From positions 3,990,001-4,022,000 of the forward strand of contig NZ_CP147990.1 in assembly GCF_037902255.1 (NCBI RefSeq): DNA of 32,000 bases. Reading direction: 5' to 3'. Source of the stretch: Candidatus Electrothrix sp. GW3-4 (lineage in GTDB: Bacteria > Desulfobacterota > Desulfobulbia > Desulfobulbales > Desulfobulbaceae). Shown here piece after piece: positions 25,950 through 32,000 of this stretch. How positions within the stretch are numbered: position 1 is the stretch's first letter; each line of letters starts with the position of its first letter. The translations under genes were made by a program, and so were the position numbers. The notes under the pieces are model-generated. The model worked only from the letters and a program-made list of their open reading frames with translations, did no database searches and was not told the DNA's origin.

Positions 25950-27569
25950 ATGAGTGAAAAACACACCCTCCTTATTATTGACGATATAGTCGACAACCTG
26001 ATGCTCCTCGGGGAAGCCATGTCGTCTGAATATAAAATAAAGGTTGCGACAGGCGGTGTGCAGGGACTGGAACTTGCTGTGCAAAATCCAAAACCCGATC
26101 TGATCCTGCTGGACATTATGATGCCGGGGATTGACGGATACGAAGTCTGCCGCCTCCTCAAAGCAGACAGCCGAACACGACATATCCCGGTCATCTTTCT
26201 CAGCGCCCTGGATAAGGAGAGTGATGAACTGCAAGGACTCGACGCCGGTGCCGTTGATTTCATAACAAAACCCTTTAAACTGGAAGTTGTTCGGGCCAGA
26301 ATCAATACCCAGCTTGAACTCCTCAGGATGCGGCAACAGTTGCAAACAGCCCGCCTCAAGGCAGAGGCAGCCTCCCAATCCAAATCAGTCTTTCTTGCCA
26401 ACATGAGCCATGAAATCAGGACCCCGATGAGTGCCATCATGGGGATGACCGATCTTGCTCTGGAAAAGGCCTCTGATCCCCACCAGCGAAGCTATCTGGA
26501 GACCGTCAAACTCTCTGCAGATGCCCTCCTTGCCCTGATTAACGATATCCTGGACTTTTCCAAGATTGAAGCAGGGCAAATGGAACTGGATGAACACCCC
26601 TTTCTCCTTGCTGAGGCCATTGAGGCAGCGATGCGGACGGTTTCCATTCTCTCAAAAGAGAAAGGACTGGAGATTTCCCTTGAGATTGCCCCTGATGTCC
26701 CTGTTGCCGTGGCTGGTGACAGCCTCCGTTTTCGCCAGATCATTCTCAACCTCCTTAGCAATGCGATCAAGTTCTCCGACAAAGGTATTATTCGTATCAC
26801 GGTCACCCTAGAGCATGCTGGGTTTGAAACGACGACCCTGCGCGTATCGGTTGCTGATCAGGGGGTCGGCATCAAAAAGGAGAAGATAAGTTCTATCTTC
26901 AGTGCCTTTTCCCAGGCAGACAGCTCTGTGTCGAGAAAATTTGGTGGTACTGGCCTCGGCCTTGCCATCTGCCGACAACTCTGCGAACTCATGGACGGTT
27001 CCATCAACGTGGAGAGTAGATACGGCAAGGGAAGCACCTTTTCCTTCACCGTCATGTTCGGCGCAACCTCTCAGGAAAAAATCGTCCAGCAGGAAGGAAC
27101 GGAGTCAGAACTCATGAATATTCGTCCTATCCGGGTCTTGCTGGTAGAAGATAACGCAGCCAATCGTTTTCTGATCCGAGTGGTGCTGGAAAAATTCAAG
27201 CATGAGGTCGTTGAGGCGGTTGATGGCATTGAGGCCTTACATATTATTTTGGAAAATCAGTTTGATCTGATCCTGACAGATGTTCAGATGCCGAAACTGG
27301 ATGGCTACAGATTCACCCAAATTATCCGCAGCTGTGAAGAGGACAAAGAACTTGATCCCGGTCTTACAGAAAAACTGGACAGCGAGCTGATCAATCAACT
27401 CAGGCAGCAACTGCACGGCAAGCATCGCCTGATCATCTCTATGACGGCCAACGCCATGAGCGGTGATAGAGAGAAATGCTTTACCGCTGGTATGGATGAT
27501 TATCTGACCAAACCTCTGAATCAGGAGGAACTGGCAATAACCCTTAATCGCTGGCTTCCCACGGAATAA
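25950..27569 (+). CDS. Hybrid sensor histidine kinase / response regulator (REC-HisKA-HATPase-REC)
   Basis: 539 aa. N-terminal receiver (LILLDIMMPGIDGY), H-box MSHEIRTPM, N-box NLLSNAIKFS, G-boxes DQGVGI and GGTGLGLAI, and a C-terminal receiver (LILTDVQMPKLDGY ... TKPL). No TM or recognisable sensory domain. Confidence 0.9.
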   Translation: MSEKHTLLIIDDIVDNLMLLGEAMSSEYKIKVATGGVQGLELAVQNPKPDLILLDIMMPGIDGYEVCRLLKADSRTRHIPVIFLSALDKESDELQGLDAGAVDFITKPFKLEVVRARINTQLELLRMRQQLQTARLKAEAASQSKSVFLANMSHEIRTPMSAIMGMTDLALEKASDPHQRSYLETVKLSADALLALINDILDFSKIEAGQMELDEHPFLLAEAIEAAMRTVSILSKEKGLEISLEIAPDVPVAVAGDSLRFRQIILNLLSNAIKFSDKGIIRITVTLEHAGFETTTLRVSVADQGVGIKKEKISSIFSAFSQADSSVSRKFGGTGLGLAICRQLCELMDGSINVESRYGKGSTFSFTVMFGATSQEKIVQQEGTESELMNIRPIRVLLVEDNAANRFLIRVVLEKFKHEVVEAVDGIEALHIILENQFDLILTDVQMPKLDGYRFTQIIRSCEEDKELDPGLTEKLDSELINQLRQQLHGKHRLIISMTANAMSGDREKCFTAGMDDYLTKPLNQEELAITLNRWLPTE

Positions 27570-27676
27570 AGATGCTTCACCGCGCAACTCTTTGATCGGA
27601 AGAGCATTAAAGCATGAGAGCTTTCCCTGCAACTTCACTACGAAAAAACAACAACGATTTTATCCCTTGAGACATA

Positions 27677-28687
27677 ATGGCAAACGATAATCTCCCCGAG
27701 TTCATATCCTCCCTACTACAAGCCCAGAAAGAGACCTGCCCTGAAGACAGTGTCCAGCTGGTGCAGACCCACATCTCCCTTGTCCTGCTTGCAGGCGACC
27801 TGGTCTATAAATTCAAAAAACCGGTTAATTTCGGCTTTCTTGATTTTTCCACCCTGGAAAAAAGGCAGCATTGCTGTGAACAGGAACTCCTGCTCAATCG
27901 ACGCCTCTGCCCGGAGATCTACCTTGATTTTGTCACCGTCACCCAGGAAGGGGCTAACTATACCCTGGAAGGCAACGGCAAGATTGTGGAGTACGGGGTG
28001 AAGATGACCAGAATGCCGGAAGAGAAAATGATGGGCAACCTGATTCGAACCGGGCAGCTTGACCGTGTTCATATCGATACCATTGTTGACAAACTCACCC
28101 CTTTTTATCAGCAGGCTGACCGCACCAGCGAGATAGATGAATATGGCACAGCCGAGTCTGTTGCCGTCAATGTGCTGGAAAATTTCGAGCAGACCCTGGG
28201 GTTCATCAATAACGGGGCCCTCAGCCAGGAACAGTTCGACAACATTTCCTCCTGGTCCAAGGCATTTCTTACCCAAGAGGAGCTCTTTAACCAGCGCATC
28301 AAAAATGGCAGCATCCGTGACTGCCACGGTGATCTCTACTCGGCAAATATCTGCCTTGCCGATAAGGTCTATATCTACGACTGCATTGAGTTCAACCGTC
28401 GCTTTCGCTACTGTGATGTCGCCAGTGATATCGGATTCCTGGCCATGGATCTGGATTTTCATGGCCTGCAGGATCTCTCCGATTACTGCATAGATCAGTT
28501 TTGTCAGCACGCTGGAGATGCCACTCTGAAAGAGATGCTGAATTTTTATAAATGCTACCGAGCCTATGTCCGGGGCAAGATCGGCCTGTTTACTGCTGCT
28601 GATCCGGCAGTGGACGAGGCCGTGAAGAAGAGCTGCCTGGAGGCTGCTGGCAAATACTTTGCCCTGGCCGAGAGCTATACGAAGTAA
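27677..28687 (+). CDS. Aminoglycoside-phosphotransferase-like (APH/choline-kinase fold) kinase, substrate unknown
   Basis: 336 aa. Catalytic loop HGDLYSANI (HxDxxxxN) followed by the metal-binding IYDCIEF. N-terminal nucleotide-binding lobe (VYKFKKP). Confidence 0.75.
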   Translation: MANDNLPEFISSLLQAQKETCPEDSVQLVQTHISLVLLAGDLVYKFKKPVNFGFLDFSTLEKRQHCCEQELLLNRRLCPEIYLDFVTVTQEGANYTLEGNGKIVEYGVKMTRMPEEKMMGNLIRTGQLDRVHIDTIVDKLTPFYQQADRTSEIDEYGTAESVAVNVLENFEQTLGFINNGALSQEQFDNISSWSKAFLTQEELFNQRIKNGSIRDCHGDLYSANICLADKVYIYDCIEFNRRFRYCDVASDIGFLAMDLDFHGLQDLSDYCIDQFCQHAGDATLKEMLNFYKCYRAYVRGKIGLFTAADPAVDEAVKKSCLEAAGKYFALAESYTK

Positions 28688-28729
28688 TCCTCTCTCGCCT
28701 CCTGAGCCGGAAAAATTTATATGAAAATG

Positions 28730-28770
28730 ACAGGTGACTCAGACGAGTCATCTGTTACTTTTCATGTTTT
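28730..28770 (+). terminator. Terminator-like hairpin between the APH-like and P-loop kinase genes
   Basis: Arms acaggtgactc (28730-28740) and gagtcatctgt (28745-28755) form an 11-bp stem including one G-U pair, with loop agac, followed by the T-rich tacttttcatgtttt. Confidence 0.4.
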
Positions 28771-28823
28771 GTCTGTCCCGGCCTGCCGGGATGGAAGTTA
28801 TCTAGAAAGAATACGGACAAAAA

Positions 28824-29375
28824 ATGGAGCAGCCCACCCTCTATGTCTTCTTCGGCCTGATTGCCTCGGGGAAATCAACCTTGGCTGAGCTCTTTGCCAC
28901 AAGCCATAGTTTTCCCTATTATAACACAGATAAGGTACGCAAAGAGCTGGCCGGTATTGCGGCAAATGAACGTCGTCCTGATGGAATGGGTCAAGGCATA
29001 TATACGCCTGCGTTCACCGAAAGGACCTATCAGACCATGTTGGACAGAGCGGTCCAGGACTTCAACAAGGGCGCAGCAGGAGTGGTTCTGGACGGTTCCT
29101 ACAGCAAGGCAGCGGACCGTCACAAGGTCAATAAGCTGGCGAGCGCCCGGGATGCCCGGCCCCTCTTTTTCCTCTGCTCCTGTTCCGAACAAGAGACCCA
29201 ACACCGTCTTGCCATCCGAGCCCAGGACCCCGATGCCGTCTCAGATGGCCGGTGGGAGATCTTTGTCCAACAAAAAAAAAGCTTCGAGGAGCCTGACGAA
29301 CTCCCCCCGCATCAGCTCACCTCTATTGACACTGAGGCGGATCCACAAGAATTATTACGTCTGTTGAAAAGCTGA
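28824..29375 (+). CDS. P-loop (AAA/predicted kinase, COG0645-like) ATP-binding protein
   Basis: 183 aa. Walker A GLIASGKSTLA near the N-terminus. Size and pattern resemble small nucleotide/sugar-kinase-like P-loop proteins. The alternative-frame ORF 28861-29367 is compositionally implausible. Confidence 0.75.
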   Translation: MEQPTLYVFFGLIASGKSTLAELFATSHSFPYYNTDKVRKELAGIAANERRPDGMGQGIYTPAFTERTYQTMLDRAVQDFNKGAAGVVLDGSYSKAADRHKVNKLASARDARPLFFLCSCSEQETQHRLAIRAQDPDAVSDGRWEIFVQQKKSFEEPDELPPHQLTSIDTEADPQELLRLLKS

Positions 29376-29432
29376 TCTAACATACCTGGAGTTTTGCACG
29401 AACTCCTGAATCTTCAACATGCTACCGGTACA

Positions 29433-29867
29433 ATGACCAGAATATACCTCCTCCGTTATCCGAAAGACACGTCGAATCAGCCCATTATCTACCATTTGGT
29501 TCAACGCTATGTAGTAGAGTTCAATATCCTGAAAGCGGATATTCGTCCCCAGCGGGACGGCATCATGGTGGTGGAACTCAAGGGACAGAAAGAGAAAGTC
29601 GCTGATGCCCTTGATTATTTGAAGGGTCTCGGCGTGAAGGCGGAACGCCTTGCCGGTAAGGTCCATCGCGATGAAAGCAAATGTTTCCAATGCGGGGCCT
29701 GCACTGGCATCTGTCCGGTTGGCGCCTTGTACATCCAGCGTCCGAGCATGGAGGTCATCTTTGATCCGGAAAAATGTACGGCCTGCGGCCTCTGTGTGGC
29801 TGGCTGCCCGGTTCGCTCCATGAAAATCTCTTTTGATCCCTTGACCGAGACAGGGATTCCAGCGTAA
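29433..29867 (+). CDS. NIL domain - 2x[4Fe-4S] ferredoxin fusion protein
   Basis: N-terminal NIL-type domain (PIIYHLVQRYVVEFNILKADI ... GIMVVEL). C-terminal CFQCGACTGICP and CTACGLCVAGCP. The start is uncertain: ATG 29433 is preferred, and the TTG at 29394 has a GGAG only 2 nt upstream. Confidence 0.78.
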   Translation: MTRIYLLRYPKDTSNQPIIYHLVQRYVVEFNILKADIRPQRDGIMVVELKGQKEKVADALDYLKGLGVKAERLAGKVHRDESKCFQCGACTGICPVGALYIQRPSMEVIFDPEKCTACGLCVAGCPVRSMKISFDPLTETGIPA

Positions 29868-29909
29868 AGAAAAACCGTAACCAGAGATAGGGCAGCGCTC
29901 TGTCTCTGG
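29866..29909 (-). terminator. Intrinsic terminator candidate after pstC (minus strand)
   Basis: 13-bp arms ccagagatagggc and gctctgtctctgg (29881-29909) with 2 mismatches and a 3-nt loop. On the minus strand it is followed by TTACGGTTTTTCTTT. Sits in the convergent gap between pstC and the NIL-ferredoxin gene. Confidence 0.5.
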
Positions 29910-29939
29910 CCCCTTCACGTACCTTCCCCCTTCACCTTC

Positions 29940-31328
29940 TTACTCATACTCCTCGCGATATTTGCGGACAATATACAGGGCAATGACATTCAAGGCCAAG
30001 GTCACGATGAAGAGAAGGAGACCGAGGGCAAAGGCCGCCATGGTCTTGGGGCTGTCAAATTCCTGATCACCAACCAGCAGGGTGACGATCTGGACCGTCA
30101 CCGTGGTCACCGTCTCAAGGGGATTTGCCGTAAGGCGGGCAGAGAGCCCGGCCGCCATAACCACAATCATGGTCTCGCCAATGGCCCGGGAGACAGCGAG
30201 CAAGACACCCCCGACAATACCGGGCAGCGCGGCAGGCAGAACAACCTGCATGACGGTCTCATTCTTAGTGGCCCCCAAACCATAAGAGCCGTCCCGCAAG
30301 GCCTGGGGGACGGCATTGATCACATCGTCAGAAAGAGAGGAGACAAAGGGAATGATCATAATCCCCATAACCAAACCAGCTGCTAGGGCACTTTCCGACG
30401 ACACATCCAGGCCGATGAACGTTCCTGCCTGGCGAATAAAGGGCGCAACAATAAGGGCGGCAAAGAAGCCATAAACGACCGTAGGAATCCCGGCCAGAAT
30501 CTCCAATAAGGGCTTCACCACGGCCCGGAAGGTATGGCCTGCATATTCTGATAAATAGACAGCAGAGAGCAGCCCCACCGGAACGGCCACAAGCATGGCA
30601 ATGGCCGTGATCATAAAGGTGCCTGCCATAACCGGGACAGCACCAAAGCTGCCGGAACTCCCTGCCTGGTCCGCCCGCATGGCCATCTGGGGGCTCCATT
30701 TCAAGCCAAAAAGGAAATCAGGCACAGAGATATGCTGAAAAAAACGGATGGATTCAAAGAGAACCGAGAGCACGATCCCGACAGTGCAGAAGATAGCCAG
30801 GGTGGAACAGCCGATGAGCGCATAACGAATAAGGCGCTCCACCTGATTGCGGGCCCGTAAGGCAGGTCGTATCCGACGATAGACCAGGACAAAGGCCATA
30901 ATGGAGGTAGAGAGAATAAGCACGGCAAGGGCTACCGAGCTGATAAATTCCAGGCGATGATAAAAGTCCGCTGCTGCCAGCATGGCCGGTTCGACATCCC
31001 CGGCAGCAACATGGCCTGCAATGAGATTGTGGAGATCATTGAGGAGCAGGTTAAGCTGATCCAGAGAGCGGCTCTGCATATCCTCAGGCAGGGTACGCAG
31101 GACAAAGCCCGTCAGAATCCAGTCCGAGGTCATCAGCCAAAACAGGTACAAAAGCAGCCCTGGAGTGCCGCACCAGAAGGCGGTCAGCAGGCCATAATAG
31201 GTGGGCCGGGAATGGAGCTTGGTGCCCTCTCCCTGCCGTGCCTTGCTGCTCAGGGCAAAGGCCTTTTCCCGTCCCTGCCAATAGGCAAGAGCGCTCAGTA
31301 TGCATAATGCTGCCGGAATATATAACAT
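29940..31328 (-). CDS. pstC: Phosphate ABC transporter permease PstC (long form)
   Basis: 462 aa. The permease core matches PstC rather than PstA (LLEILAGIPTVVYGFF, LAVSRAIGETMIVVMAAG). It has an N-terminal extension of about 190 aa with extra TM segments. Confidence 0.85.
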   Translation of the reverse strand: MLYIPAALCILSALAYWQGREKAFALSSKARQGEGTKLHSRPTYYGLLTAFWCGTPGLLLYLFWLMTSDWILTGFVLRTLPEDMQSRSLDQLNLLLNDLHNLIAGHVAAGDVEPAMLAAADFYHRLEFISSVALAVLILSTSIMAFVLVYRRIRPALRARNQVERLIRYALIGCSTLAIFCTVGIVLSVLFESIRFFQHISVPDFLFGLKWSPQMAMRADQAGSSGSFGAVPVMAGTFMITAIAMLVAVPVGLLSAVYLSEYAGHTFRAVVKPLLEILAGIPTVVYGFFAALIVAPFIRQAGTFIGLDVSSESALAAGLVMGIMIIPFVSSLSDDVINAVPQALRDGSYGLGATKNETVMQVVLPAALPGIVGGVLLAVSRAIGETMIVVMAAGLSARLTANPLETVTTVTVQIVTLLVGDQEFDSPKTMAAFALGLLLFIVTLALNVIALYIVRKYREEYE

Positions 31329-31391
31329 ATCGTCCTTGATCCGTATTGTACGGTTCTTGCGGTTCTGGTTCAGCTGAGAAAACGACTTCTC

Positions 31392-32000
31392 CTACTCGTT
31401 TCTGATGATATCCCCTTCAACAAGGTAAATCACCTCTTCCGCTATATTGCAGGCCCGATCACCGATACGCTCCAAATGACGAGAGAGCAGGTACATGTTC
31501 AGGAGGGCGGCAGCGTGGCCGGTTTCCGCATCAAGCTCCTCAACCACGGCCCTATAGGCCTTATCCCGCAAGGCATCAACCTCCTCATCGTCAATAAATA
31601 TCCTGCGGGCAAAATCTGCGTTTTCGGTCAGCAGGGCGTCCAGGCTCATCTTGATCATCCCCAGGACCTTGACTGCCATAGGTGTATAATCCACCGCAAA
31701 GGAGTCACCGCCCTTTTTCTGGATAATCTGGACCCGTCGGGCAATACTGACCGCCATATCGCCGATACGTTCCAATTCGTTGTTGATCTTGATAATGGCA
31801 ACGATCAGGCGCAGGTCACTGGCCACAGGTTGGTGCAGGGCCAGGACCTTGAGGCATTCCTCCTCGATCTGCACCTCCATATGATCAATCTCGTTATCGG
31901 TGCGGATGATCTCCCCGGCCAGCTCATTATCGCCGTTTTCCAGGACAATGCAGGCCTTGCGCAGCCGATCTTCGACCAAGGCTCCAAGCTCGATAAACAT
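31392..32000 (-). CDS. phoU: Phosphate signalling complex protein PhoU (probably N-terminally truncated by the window edge)
   Basis: At least 202 aa. Two PhoU repeats (DNEIDHMEVQIEEECLKVLALHQPVASDLR; NNELERIGDMAVSIA; LERIGDRACNIAE). The ATG at the very edge is probably coincidental, because typical PhoU proteins begin 10-25 aa earlier. Confidence 0.88.
   Translation of the reverse strand: MFIELGALVEDRLRKACIVLENGDNELAGEIIRTDNEIDHMEVQIEEECLKVLALHQPVASDLRLIVAIIKINNELERIGDMAVSIARRVQIIQKKGGDSFAVDYTPMAVKVLGMIKMSLDALLTENADFARRIFIDDEEVDALRDKAYRAVVEELDAETGHAAALLNMYLLSRHLERIGDRACNIAEEVIYLVEGDIIRNE

Noticed and set aside
25830-26440. Two minus-strand ORFs (182 and 164 aa) at the start of the hybrid kinase
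   Set aside because: They are antisense to the receiver and HisKA region of a well-supported gene, and have no motifs.
27716-28510. 264-aa minus-strand ORF
   Set aside because: It is antisense to the APH-like kinase, whose catalytic-loop motifs support the plus-strand frame.
28861-29367. 168-aa alternative-frame ORF overlapping the P-loop kinase
   Set aside because: It lies on the same strand in a different frame. It is R/S/P-rich with no motifs, whereas the 28824 frame has a clean Walker A.
29355-29918. 187-aa minus-strand ORF
   Set aside because: It is antisense to the NIL-ferredoxin gene, whose two CxxCxxCxxxCP motifs fix the plus-strand frame.

Overview
This 32-kb window looks like core chromosome dominated by housekeeping genes. 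I call about 33 protein-coding genes, one of them frameshifted. I can see no rRNA, tRNA, CRISPR array, IS element or prophage signature. The gene content includes futalosine-pathway MqnD, a PxxKW Cys-rich protein, a NIL-ferredoxin, a ferredoxin-fused EtfA, a MobB-MobA fusion and NrdR. This suggests an anaerobic Desulfobacterota-like (deltaproteobacterial) genome, but that is inference only. Layout: (1) plus strand 224-6504 carries tatD, yggS, ugd, pilC, ihfA and a ParB-like gene, with the PxxKW gene (3294-3548) on the minus strand. (2) A minus-strand block at 6549-18671 reads, in transcription order, yceD-rpmF-plsX-fabH-ACAD-etfB-etfA-fabG-acpP-fabF-rpiB-glyA-nrdR-ribD. (3) A plus-strand block at 18996-29867 carries mqnD, mobB-mobA, rhomboid-TPR, rpe, a small membrane protein, pgi, a REC-HK-REC hybrid kinase, an APH-like kinase, a P-loop kinase and a NIL-ferredoxin. 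(4) Minus strand 29940-32000 carries pstC and a partial phoU. The strongest lead is an acyl-CoA dehydrogenase plus a bifurcating-type EtfBA (EtfA has an N-terminal 2x[4Fe-4S] domain) translationally coupled into the core type II fatty-acid-synthesis operon between fabH and fabG. It sits where fabD normally lies, and no conventional enoyl-ACP reductase is in view. Secondary leads are: a ribD frameshift in a C6 homopolymer inside the conserved TPPC motif; an orphan ParB-like protein; a split APH-like/P-loop kinase pair next to a NIL-ferredoxin; a phoU-pstC arrangement that terminates without pstA; and two long non-coding spacers (480 and 400 bp). All homology calls come from reading motifs by eye, and no database search was run.
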